From Candidatus Bathyarchaeota archaeon (GTDB lineage: Archaea; Thermoproteota; Bathyarchaeia; Bathyarchaeales; Bathycorpusculaceae), in NCBI GenBank assembly GCA_963775685.1, contig CAVZJV010000002.1, positions 1-21,854 on the forward strand: a stretch of 21,854 nucleotides of DNA, written 5' to 3'. A program made the position numbers and the translations under genes. This document shows, one piece after another, positions 1-8,633 of this stretch (the first letter of the stretch is position 1; each line of letters starts with the position of its first letter). The notes beneath the pieces are model-generated. The model searched no databases. It was not told the origin of the DNA and saw only the letters and a list, made by a program, of their open reading frames with translations.

Positions 1-2
1 AC

Positions 3-1672
3 GAGACTGTGTGAAAAGTCTGCTTTAACTTGCTTAGAATGCCGTTAACCTTAAATCTAGACACATAGCAATGACTGACAAAGACTTAAAGGTGAGACAA
101 TGGACAACGAAGCCAACAGCTACGCAGATGGCTTGTCTAGAAACCAAACTTTCCTATTGCCAAAAACCATAGAAGAGTACGTTACAACAGACAACCCAAT
201 CAGATTCATAGACGCATACATAAACTCGCTAGAACATGGAAAAGTTAGGCTTCACACACTCAACACCACAAGACCTTGGGAGACCATCCTACAACCCAAA
301 AGACCTCGCTAAACTCTACCTCTACGGAGGCCTAAACCATATCCGATCCAGCAGAAAACTAGAACGTGAATGCAAAACAAACCTTGAAGCCATGTGGCTG
401 CTAAGAGGCTTAGCGCCTGACTTTAAAACAATAGCAGACTTTAGAAAAGACAACCCAGCTGCCATAGGTGCCTTATTCAAGGCATTCGTAACTTTCTTAC
501 AAGAGCTTTGCCTCTATGGCGCACAGCAAGTGACCGTAGACGGCACTAAACTCAAGGCGGTAAATTCTCAATATAAAGCCTTTAACCAGAAATCGCTTGC
601 CATAAGAATAAAGCGCATGGAAAAGTCAGTGAAGCACTATCTAGAAGAGTTGGATGCTGTAGATGAGCAGGAAGCAGTTGATGAGCAAAAAGTTGCTAGC
701 GAAGTAGGTGATCAGGCTAAAGCTTGCCAGGTGAATAAGCTTGCAGCTCTACTTGAGAAGAAGGAGAAATTTGAGAGAATTCTTGAGGGAACGGAACAGT
801 CGGGTCAAAGAGAGATTGCGCTTACAGATTCTGAGTGCAGGCTTATGAAGAACCATGGCAGGATTGAGCCTTGCTATAATGTTGAGGCAGCAGTTGATGC
901 AAAAAACCATCTTATCGTTGATTACAAGGTGACTACTTCTGCTTCGGATCTGAATCAGCTTAGCTCAGTTGCCATAGGTGCTAAGGAAACACTCGGAGTC
1001 GAGCATATTGATGCTATTGGAGATAAAGGCTTTTTTGATTTTATGCAGATTAAACAATGTGTCGATAATGGGGTTATTCCTTATGTTGCGGTGAAGAAGT
1101 CGGGAAGTGGCGGAAGTGCTGTCTTGCCTGCGTTTACTGCTGACAAATTCATCTATAATAAGAGTTCTGATGTGTATATTTGCCCAGCTGGGCAGCGTCT
1201 TGTCTTTGGCTATTCGACTGTACGCGAAGGTATGGATATGCGAGTCTACAAGTGCCAGAGGGCTGTTTGCTCTTTATGCAGGTTTTTTATGGCTGGGTGT
1301 ACGAGTAATAGATGTGGACGGGCAATTTGGCGGTGGGTTCATGAGGCTGTTGTTGACCAGATGCGGGAGAGGGTTAGGTTGCATCCTGAGGTTATGGATG
1401 AGCGAAGAAAGGTAGCGGAGCATCCGTTTGGTACATTTAAGAGGGCGTTTGGGGCTCCATATTTGCTGCTTAAGGGTCTTAGAAAGGTTAGTGGGGAAGT
1501 TGGTTTGCTTATGGTTGCTTATAATTTGAGGAGAGCTTTGAACATTCTGGGGGTTAAGGCTTTAATTGGTGCGCTTGTTAAAAAATAGAATAAGAGAAGG
1601 GTAAAATCAAAGAAGAGAATTGAGGTGTTTTCAAGCTTTTCAACCTTGGTTGCGTGATTTTTACACGGTCTC
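3..1672 (+). mobile_element. IS1182-family insertion sequence
   Basis: Imperfect terminal inverted repeats: GAGACTGTGTGAAAA (3-17) matches the reverse complement of 1658-1672 (GAGACCGTGTAAAAA) at 13/15. They enclose a single IS1182-type DDE transposase. The target-site duplication cannot be assessed because only 2 nt of left flank are visible. Confidence 0.9.
100..1588 (+). pseudogene. IS1182-family transposase split by a one-base frameshift near 233 (ORFs 100-312 and 236-1588)
   Basis: ORF 100-312 gives the typical N-terminus (GLSRNQTFLLPKTIEEYVTTDNPIRFIDAYINSL). ORF 236-1588 continues with EKLGF..GRPSYNP..SSRKLERECKTN..PDFKTIADFRKDN, catalytic VDGTK and GDKGF, a Cys cluster, and RRKVAEHPFGTFK. 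Removing one A from CTAGAACATG restores NSLDMEKLGF. Could be an assembly error. Confidence 0.88.
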
Positions 1673-1677
1673 AAATC

Positions 1678-1721
1678 TTGACTAAGCACAGTCAAAAGAC
1701 TTTTACGAGAAGTCTTTTATT
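1678..1721 (+). promoter_or_regulatory. Promoter of the 1745 gene: TTGACT-N6-AGTCAA palindrome, a 9-bp inverted repeat and a TATA-like CTTTTAT
   Basis: TTGACT aagcac AGTCAA (1678-1695); AAAAGACTT-N7-AAGTCTTTT (1694-1718); CTTTTA starts 31 nt before the ATG. The same layout occurs upstream of 2492. Confidence 0.55.
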
Positions 1722-1744
1722 GATAACGCATCTAAATACAAAGT

Positions 1745-2317
1745 ATGAAACAATTCAAGTTCTTACACTTGATATTTCCACTTGTTTCACTATTGTTATT
1801 AGCTGCTCTGCAACCTGATACGGTAATGGCTGAGCCCAATACGATAAATCCTGCAATCTCATATACTATACGCCAGCCATCCCCGAACGTCACCTATACA
1901 AATCAAATGCCTTTAAGTTTCGTCTATGACGTAACTTATACTGACCCGTCGGTTGATTCTTTAGGACTAGGTGTAACCTACTGCATTGATAAGGGTTCAA
2001 AACAATCTATTCCCACATTAGGTTGGTACGATGAAATCATAAACATTTCTCGACTGTCAAACGGGAGACATGAGCTTAGCGTATACATCCAAGCACCTTA
2101 TGTTTACAATGGCACTATTTTTTTAAACACATTGAAACTTTTTTCAGTTAATTTCTCAGTCCTCAACATAGCAATAACGCCCATTCCGACTGTAGCAATA
2201 ACGCCCACTCCTACTGTTCCAGAGTTTTCATGGCTGATGATTCTACCCCTTATCTTTATACTATCCATGGCAGTAACGGTTAGACTAAGAAAGACTTGGA
2301 GAATAACTCAACACTAA
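1745..2317 (+). CDS. Surface protein: signal peptide, Ig-like domain, PEF-CTERM-type sorting tail
   Basis: Hydrophobic N-terminus; SP..TY / YCID / ISRLSNGRHEL beta-sandwich motifs; P/T linker, then VPEF, TM helix and RLRK. Confidence 0.85.
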   Translation: MKQFKFLHLIFPLVSLLLLAALQPDTVMAEPNTINPAISYTIRQPSPNVTYTNQMPLSFVYDVTYTDPSVDSLGLGVTYCIDKGSKQSIPTLGWYDEIINISRLSNGRHELSVYIQAPYVYNGTIFLNTLKLFSVNFSVLNIAITPIPTVAITPTPTVPEFSWLMILPLIFILSMAVTVRLRKTWRITQH

Positions 2318-2374
2318 ACCTATCTCATGGGCTCTCCAAAACAAATACTGATTGATTCCCCTCTGGAGCATAGG

Positions 2375-2400
2375 GAAATGTTTGGTATTTCTCGCAATAA
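2375..2400 (+). repeat. Intergenic repeat downstream of a PEF-CTERM gene, copy 1
   Basis: GAAATGTTTGGTATTTCTCGCAATAA resembles GAAATGTTTGGCATTTTCTCACAACAA at 3763-3789. Confidence 0.7.
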
Positions 2401-2424
2401 GGAAATTGATTGCGTCAAGAAACT

Positions 2425-2467
2425 TTGACTTGAGTTCGTCAAGAAGTGTTTACGAATAACCTTTTAA
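2425..2467 (+). promoter_or_regulatory. Promoter of the 2492 gene: TTGACT-N6-CGTCAA, TTTACGA and CTTTTA
   Basis: Elements start at -67, -43 and -31 relative to ATG 2492, the same offsets as upstream of ATG 1745. Confidence 0.55.
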
Positions 2468-2491
2468 CAAAAACCTACTCTTATACTGACT

Positions 2492-3759
2492 ATGGGCAAT
2501 AAAAGAAAGACTTCTGTCTTAGTTCTTGCATTGATCTTATTTTTTACGGCATGCTTTGTTTTGCTCAAAAAGCTTCAACAACGTCAACATTTACTTCGAC
2601 AACATGGAACACATCAACAGTAGATTCTTTTAGTCATGGCCCCTCTTTGGCTTTGGATAGCAATGGGCAACCCCACATAAGCTACAAAGACCTAACTAAA
2701 GATGACCTCAAGTATGCTTTGTGGGATGGTGAATCGTGGATAACACAAACTGTTGATTCAACTTACTATTCAGGTTATAATCCATCCATGAAGTTAGACA
2801 ACAACAATCGACCACACGTAAGCTATGGTGTTCGTTGGATACATGGTTTTGATTCCACGCATTCTAATATGGAAACAGATTATGTCAAATATGCTGTTCT
2901 AGAAGGCAATTCATGGAGCATAACAACGGTTGGTGATGCTGTTTCGTCGGTCATGAAGCTGGACAGCAATAATCAACCGCATATATGCTATAGTACTGGT
3001 GGTTCTCTTCGGTACACTTTTTGGAACGGCAACTCATGGATCAATGAAACTTTAGTTACAAAAGATCATGTTGGTCCATACTTATCTTTAGCTTTTGATA
3101 CTAACGATCGACCCCACATATGCTACTTTGAATACAAGAATACAGAGAACTTTTCTGACGGTTCTCTTAAGTATGCTTGGTTTTCAGGGACAGAATGGGA
3201 AACAACTACAGTTGATTCCGAAGTTGACGGTTTAGACATGAATTTGGTGCTTGACCACTCTAATCAACCGCACATAAGCTACAGCGACAAGTATGCACCT
3301 TACAGTCTAAAGTATGCTGTGTTGGAAGATGACCTATGGAGAATTACGAAGATTGACCCAACAACCCTTGTTGGCACATTCTCTTCTCTGGCTGTTGACA
3401 GTAACGACCACCCCCACATAGTTTACTGCGACATTACAAATAATACCTACGACACCGCACGTGGCATGCTCAAGTACACTTGGCTTTCAGGAACTGATTG
3501 GCAAACAACGACAATTGATTCTAGTTTCGGCGATTTCTCTTTAACATTAGATAAAAACAATCTACCGCATGTAAGTTACATTGACCCTCAGAACCAAGAC
3601 CTTAAGTATGCTGTTTTAACACTACCCTCCCCAACCCCAACTCCTTCTGTTCCAGAGTTTTCATGGCTGATAATTCTATCACTATTCATCTTCACACTAT
3701 CTATTGTAGTTCTGATTAGAAAGAAAAAAGTATCTTCATCAAAATGGTCATTGAATTAA
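2492..3759 (+). CDS. Seven-repeat beta-propeller surface protein with PEF-CTERM-type tail; probable true start 2492, with a frameshift in a T-run near 2540-2562
   Basis: Seven repeats of S(L/M)xLDxNxxPHxxY...LKYA..G..W. C-terminal PTPSVPEF, TM helix and RKKK. ATG 2492 gives signal peptide MGNKRKTSVLVLALILFFTACFV, which joins FAQKAS of ORF 2551-3759 if one T is added. Confidence 0.85.
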
Positions 3760-3762
3760 TCA

Positions 3763-3789
3763 GAAATGTTTGGCATTTTCTCACAACAA
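3763..3789 (+). repeat. Intergenic repeat downstream of a PEF-CTERM gene, copy 2
   Basis: Matches 2375-2400 with 3 substitutions and 1 indel. Confidence 0.7.
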
Positions 3790-3910
3790 TTTAGTTAAAA
3801 AAACCTAAACTATTATTGTGTTCCAGTTTGGAACAACCAACTGTTTGTTTGTTCTTTGAATAGAACTATATGCTGGTTGCCTCTGTTAATTATTTAGATG
3901 AGGGAAGAAA

Positions 3911-5023
3911 ATGCAGAGATTAAGCAAGGGTAGAATCAGCAAGACTCTCTCATTATTCCTAACTCTTACTATCGCTTTGTCATGCTTGACTTTGGTCGTC
4001 GTTAAGCCTGCCATCGCTCAAACAGCCCCTAAGCCGTCTGTACCAACATTTACTGTTACATTGCAAAATGATACAATTGTCTTGACCATAGAGAACCAGC
4101 CTTTTGATATTCATAGTAGCGGTAATAATTCATTTTTCTACGATGTCAGAATTTGGAACATTGCAGGTCATTGGAGTAATCTCTATGCGGCTGAAGATAG
4201 ACCCACCCAGTCAGATTCTTCCCAAACAATCCTATTTTATCCAATAGGGGAGAGCAATGTGTTTCCCTCATACACTACAGTTGCAGGTGTAATAATTCCC
4301 AAGTATGGGCAGGTGCAATTTCAGGTTATGGCGTTGATTGGTTATTTGGAAAGAACACCTTACTCCTATGGATTGATAGGTCAAGTGGGTAGCTGGAGCG
4401 GCAGTCAAGCAATATATTTGCCTGCAACAAATGCTTCAAGCCCTACCCTCTATTTTAGTCCAGATGGTAGTATGGGGACTTCTTATAAACTAACTGTGTT
4501 TAGCCCGAATGACCAAACTATATACAATAACACATTGTCTCTTGCCTTCATTCTAACATGGAAAGCTGATTTAATCCCATTGGGTGAACTTAAAGCAGAT
4601 TATGCCTATAGCATAGATGACAAACCTTTTGCAAGTATTGTTGCAACTCCATCCTCAAACGACCAACATGGTGGCTCCAATTTTATTTACAATCCATCTT
4701 TTTCACATTTACTGGATATTTCTAACTTGCCAAATGGTTATCATAATGTTGTGATTCGAGCAACTTTTTACAATGGAGGTCACATGTACCTAAATGCATC
4801 CTCAACTCCTTTTCAATTCATAGTTAGGACACCAACACCTACACCTATACCTGCAACTACACCTACACCCACATTAACTCCAACTCCAGCTTCCACTCCC
4901 ACTTCAACGCCACCACCAACTCCAACTCCTACTGTTCCAGAGTTTCCTGCAACATTAGCGATAACATTTCTAGCTATAACAGCATTGGCAGTTGCTGTGG
5001 TGTTTAGGAGAAAGACTAAATGA
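3911..5023 (+). CDS. Two-domain surface protein with long PT linker and PEF-CTERM-type tail
   Basis: Signal peptide (..KPAIAQ); first domain starting PKPSVPTFTV; second Ig-like domain (FSPNDQTIY / YSID / ISNLPNGYH); (PT)n linker; VPEF, TM helix and RRKTK. Confidence 0.85.
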   Translation: MQRLSKGRISKTLSLFLTLTIALSCLTLVVVKPAIAQTAPKPSVPTFTVTLQNDTIVLTIENQPFDIHSSGNNSFFYDVRIWNIAGHWSNLYAAEDRPTQSDSSQTILFYPIGESNVFPSYTTVAGVIIPKYGQVQFQVMALIGYLERTPYSYGLIGQVGSWSGSQAIYLPATNASSPTLYFSPDGSMGTSYKLTVFSPNDQTIYNNTLSLAFILTWKADLIPLGELKADYAYSIDDKPFASIVATPSSNDQHGGSNFIYNPSFSHLLDISNLPNGYHNVVIRATFYNGGHMYLNASSTPFQFIVRTPTPTPIPATTPTPTLTPTPASTPTSTPPPTPTPTVPEFPATLAITFLAITALAVAVVFRRKTK

Positions 5024-5562
5024 GAAAGGCAGTTTATGTGACTGCTGTTCTAGTGATAGGTTTCCTAATTCAGCCTTTAGCTGAGGTTGCAGTTGTAGAA
5101 GCTAATCCCCTTAGTGGTCTTTCAATAGGGATAAAGTCTCCAGAAAACAGAGTTTACAATACCACAACGATTTCTATAATATTTAATGTAGATACGCCAC
5201 TCCCAGACACCAAAATTGTTAAAATGTCTTATAGTTTAGATGGTTCTTCCAATAGAACACTAAGTATCTATATTTCTAAGACTACAACTTTTGGAATTCC
5301 AAAGATTGCGTACGTGGGGACAGGAGTTTTGCGGAATCTTGGCAATGGCACTCATACACTTGATGTATATGCATTTGATGCTAAAGGTAAAATATGGACA
5401 TATCCTACAGGAAGAACGTTTATGGTTAATGCAACCTCAATAAGCCCAACAGTTAGCAATGAACAGCTTTTGGCTGCAAGCATCGTAATAGTTGCTGTAG
5501 GTGTAGTTGCACTTGGTATGGTTGTCGCTATTGTTATTTACAAGAAAAGAATTAGAAAGTAA
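5020..5562 (+). CDS. Membrane-anchored Ig-like domain protein with C-terminal TM helix and basic tail, no PEF motif
   Basis: Start overlaps the upstream stop; signal ending VEANP; KSPENRVY / YSLDG / NLGNGTHTL; C-terminal TM helix then KKRIRK. Confidence 0.82.
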   Translation: MRKAVYVTAVLVIGFLIQPLAEVAVVEANPLSGLSIGIKSPENRVYNTTTISIIFNVDTPLPDTKIVKMSYSLDGSSNRTLSIYISKTTTFGIPKIAYVGTGVLRNLGNGTHTLDVYAFDAKGKIWTYPTGRTFMVNATSISPTVSNEQLLAASIVIVAVGVVALGMVVAIVIYKKRIRK

Positions 5563-5574
5563 GCAAAGTTTTCT
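5560..5574 (+). repeat. 15-bp direct repeat overlapping a stop codon, copy 1
   Basis: TAAGCAAAGTTTTCT, identical at 6304-6318; both start at the TAA stop. Confidence 0.75.
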
Positions 5575-5637
5575 AAGTTAACACTTTATGCCAAATTTAA
5601 TAAATGCATTCTAAAATTAATCTAGTAGTAGACCTGA

Positions 5638-6306
5638 ATGAATATCAAGCTATTAGCAATCTTTCTCATACTATTAATTGGAAGTATCTCAGGTGCATTA
5701 GCATATAACATAATATTGACCACTTCAGAGCCAATTAGTACTCCAAGCACAACTCCAACAATTAAACCCTCAGATAACCTAATAATTAATCAGACATCAC
5801 AGCTCAATAGTCAACCAACCACAACACCAACAACAGAAGCAACACCAACTGTAGTACCAACAACACCAACAAGTAATGAGATAGATGCTTCTTGGATAAC
5901 TGTTGTCAATCAATATCTTAATGATTCAATGCCTTATCCTGATTGGAAAAATGAGTACACCCTAAATGCGTATTCAATTTCTCTTTTTGATAATGGAACG
6001 AACACTTTCATTATTGCTTCAAATGGGAATTACTTTACAGTTTACTTGTTATCCATTATTTCCAAAGCAAACAAACAAGTAAACAGCTCTATTTCTAATG
6101 CTCAAATAGAGAGAATAATGCAAAGTGACAAGGTGTTGACTTTCAGAATTAGATTATCAACATTGTTTTCTCAAGGAGGATTTCATGCTTGGGATTTTTA
6201 CTTTGTATTGGATGATGCTTTAAACCAAGAGTTAAAAGGATTAATTCTTGTAGAGCATGACATAAACAATGCACCCTTGTGGCAAAGTTGGGCAATCACT
6301 AAATAA
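5638..6306 (+). CDS. Hypothetical exported or N-anchored protein with Thr/Pro-rich linker
   Basis: Hydrophobic N-terminus, low-complexity T/P/S segment, globular C-terminus; 222 aa. Confidence 0.75.
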   Translation: MNIKLLAIFLILLIGSISGALAYNIILTTSEPISTPSTTPTIKPSDNLIINQTSQLNSQPTTTPTTEATPTVVPTTPTSNEIDASWITVVNQYLNDSMPYPDWKNEYTLNAYSISLFDNGTNTFIIASNGNYFTVYLLSIISKANKQVNSSISNAQIERIMQSDKVLTFRIRLSTLFSQGGFHAWDFYFVLDDALNQELKGLILVEHDINNAPLWQSWAITK

Positions 6307-6318
6307 GCAAAGTTTTCT
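6304..6318 (+). repeat. 15-bp direct repeat overlapping a stop codon, copy 2
   Basis: TAAGCAAAGTTTTCT, identical to 5560-5574. Confidence 0.75.
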
Positions 6319-6517
6319 TCATGTTATTTTCTATCTAAAACAGGTCTCAAGTTTCCAAAAAAAAATTTAATTGTAATAAATAAGCTCAGGATAGATTGTT
6401 AGAGTTTGTTTGTAAGAGATAGTTTGATAGATTGATTGATTGTTTTAGGGGGGGAGTAAGAGAGAGAGTAAGAATAAAGTAGTGGTAGACGTAGGCGTAC
6501 GTTTGGGTTTGGGTTTG

Positions 6518-6548
6518 GGGATTAAAATTTAATCTTTTTCTCTCTCTC
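6518..6548 (+). repeat. Left terminal inverted repeat / palindromic site 1
   Basis: GGGATTAAAATTTAATCTTTTTCTCTCTCTC; contains the perfect palindrome GATTAAA-A-TTTAATC. Confidence 0.85.
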
Positions 6549-6657
6549 CTTAGCACACACAAGTCAGACAGACAAAGACAAACAGACAAAAACAAATAAA
6601 CTGAGTTGTCGAGAAACCTTCTGAAAAGTTAATATCCATCTCAACCAGACCTTCGAT

Positions 6658-7134
6658 ATGGAGAATCTAATGAAAAATAAAGTGTCACTTGTTGTCGCAA
6701 TTGTAGTAATAATCATGGCTGTTGCAGGGCTGATGATATTTCTTACGCAAAATCAGCTTCACCCTTCTCCAACACCTTTAAGAAATTACATAGTGAATGA
6801 CAACATAACAGTAAACGCTGGCTCATACACATATTTCAATTTCAGTCTATCAAATAGCGCAAACGTTTACCCCACAGTGACTGGCACCTTCATCGCTTCA
6901 AGCGAAGAATCAATGGAGAGACCGCTAATCAGGGTCTGCGTTATGACCGAAGCCAACTTTATTGCTTGGCAGAATCAAAACTCAGCAGAAACGATTTACG
7001 ATAGTGCATTTGTGCACAATGGCACCATTTCCGCCGACTTGTCTATGAATGGCGCCTATGTTCTTGTATATGATAACACCTTTGACTCAATTTCAAAAAC
7101 TGTAAGTACAGCTGTCTATGCTTTTCAAGTCTAA
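6658..7134 (+). CDS. Membrane-anchored beta-sandwich protein, GOLD/emp24-like (start may be ATG 6670)
   Basis: N-terminal TM helix. The C-terminal GAYVLVYDNTFDSISKTV resembles the YxLxFDNxFxxxSKxV motif of GOLD-like domains. GGAG lies upstream of ATG 6670. Confidence 0.65.
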   Translation: MENLMKNKVSLVVAIVVIIMAVAGLMIFLTQNQLHPSPTPLRNYIVNDNITVNAGSYTYFNFSLSNSANVYPTVTGTFIASSEESMERPLIRVCVMTEANFIAWQNQNSAETIYDSAFVHNGTISADLSMNGAYVLVYDNTFDSISKTVSTAVYAFQV

Positions 7135-7212
7135 CAGCCGAGCGCGCGCACTGTCTCAATCTCTCTGTCTGTCACTGTCAGTCTGAAAATCAAGCTTTAG
7201 TGCTGACTTCTT

Positions 7213-8025
7213 TTATTTTCTAATTAATCTATCGACCCATGAATAAATCACTGGTAAATCTTGGTAAACAGTTCGTACATTTCCAGCACCATAAGAAAAT
7301 GTGCCTTTAGGTAATCGTTTGATTAGTGCTTTAGCGAAATCCTCTAAAAAAGCAATTAAGTAGCCGAAATACATTGCAGAATATAATTCAAAGAAGACAA
7401 CGTTGTCGTTATACATTATTTCTGGTATAGACACCAAGTTCTCATATCCTTTGTCCACTTGGAAAAGTATTGATTCTTTGTCCAAAAAGACCATTGTAAA
7501 AGCACCACGATGAACTATTTCATCTCGAACGTTTTTGAAGTCTTTGTACCAATCGTTAGATAGAACTAATTCCGCTAAATCCTTACTAAGTCTCTCGTGG
7601 TTTTCAGGGTTCTTCTCCAACCATGTCTTTAGAATATTAAAACCTTCATCTGGAACCTGTTTAGGTTGATTTGAAATTCTCGTTAGAACTTTCGCCACAT
7701 AGTCAAAAATCGACCGTAATTCAACATGAAACATATCAATATCACATTGAGCATATGAAGTCCATTGTCCTAAAGTGAGCTCATTTTTAGCCCATAAGCT
7801 TCGTTCCCATTCCAAGCGAGAAGTGATTGTAAGAATGTCGAGTAAATCCTGCTCAATGTACTGCATAAACTTGGCGACTGGCGGAAATTTATCGCCCATT
7901 CGAGTGTTTAGGGTAATGTAGAAGGCAGTTTTCACAAACTCGCTTGAAGTGAAAAAATATTTTTCGTCTTCATCTCTCTGCATTAAAGATAGTGCCGTAG
8001 TTAGCCTTTCCTTTGTTATCTGCAT
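7213..8025 (-). CDS. HEPN-domain protein (Cthe_2314-like), putative RNase or defence protein
   Basis: All-helical composition, DIDMFHVELRSIFDYVA segment and Rx4H motif RDEIVH. Confidence 0.62.
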   Translation of the reverse strand: MQITKERLTTALSLMQRDEDEKYFFTSSEFVKTAFYITLNTRMGDKFPPVAKFMQYIEQDLLDILTITSRLEWERSLWAKNELTLGQWTSYAQCDIDMFHVELRSIFDYVAKVLTRISNQPKQVPDEGFNILKTWLEKNPENHERLSKDLAELVLSNDWYKDFKNVRDEIVHRGAFTMVFLDKESILFQVDKGYENLVSIPEIMYNDNVVFFELYSAMYFGYLIAFLEDFAKALIKRLPKGTFSYGAGNVRTVYQDLPVIYSWVDRLIRK

Positions 8026-8116
8026 AATTCTATTGCTATCTGACCTTACTCTTTAGGTTATTCTAGAGCTAGCCAATGGCTGTTAAAATTCCAATTAGTG
8101 CTATTGGTTGAATAGA

Positions 8117-8384
8117 TTATATTCTTGACAGTCGAGGAATCCATGTTTCTTTTTCGTTCCTCAAGTATTTTGCAAATAACAGAGCTTCTTCGCTAATCAG
8201 TGTATCAATGGTTTGTCTTTTTCCAACTTTGATTCTGTCTACATCAACCATATGGTCAAAGAAAGCGTATAAATCCTCAGCTAAACTATCAGTCTCATAC
8301 TCTTTCAGGTGAATTTTTTTACCCATCTTTAGATGCATCATGAAATCTGTAACTAACACAAAATCTTTTTTGCGTAAAACTTGG
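8117..8384 (-). pseudogene. cas1: C-terminal fragment of a solo Cas1 (casposase-like) endonuclease
   Basis: LRKKDFVLVTDFMMHLKMGKKIHL...RIKVGKRQTIDTLISEEALLFAKYLRNEKETWIPR matches my recollection of the C-terminus of stand-alone Cas1 proteins of Bathyarchaeia. The catalytic region is absent, and similarity appears to start abruptly at about 8384. Not verified by search. Confidence 0.65.
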
Positions 8385-8633
8385 AATACCGACACAAGAG
8401 TATCGAACAAGAGAAGAACAATTCAAAGAATATTTGCTCAATCTAGAGAAACAAGGGTAGCTACTGCTCAACAGAAAGAACAGAGATTCTCAATAAACTA
8501 CGTTAATCATCATGAATAGCTAAACAAGAATGTAAAGACAACACCATATCAAAAGCGAATTATCAACTATATCAGAAACCATCCAAACGCAAGTTTAGAA
8601 GAAGCAAGAGGTCACAGAGCAAAGAGGTCTTAA
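8382..8633 (+). pseudogene. 3' fragment of a basic Arg/Lys-rich protein with an internal stop
   Basis: Frame from 8382 reads WNTDTRVSNKRRTIQRIFAQSRETRVATAQQKEQRFSINYVNHHE*LNKNVKTTPYQKRIINYIRNHPNASLEEARGHRAKRS*, with TAG at 8517-8519 and no start codon. Confidence 0.45.

Noticed and set aside
1107-1415. 102-aa ORF inside the transposase
   Set aside because: Alternative-frame shadow with no motif.
6386-6595. 69-aa minus-strand ORF across the left repeat
   Set aside because: Translation of low-complexity non-coding DNA.
7152-7186. TGTC-rich stretch resembling the inverse of the GACA-rich subterminal region at 6561-6592
   Set aside because: Low complexity with no convincing alignment; possible remnant but unsupported.
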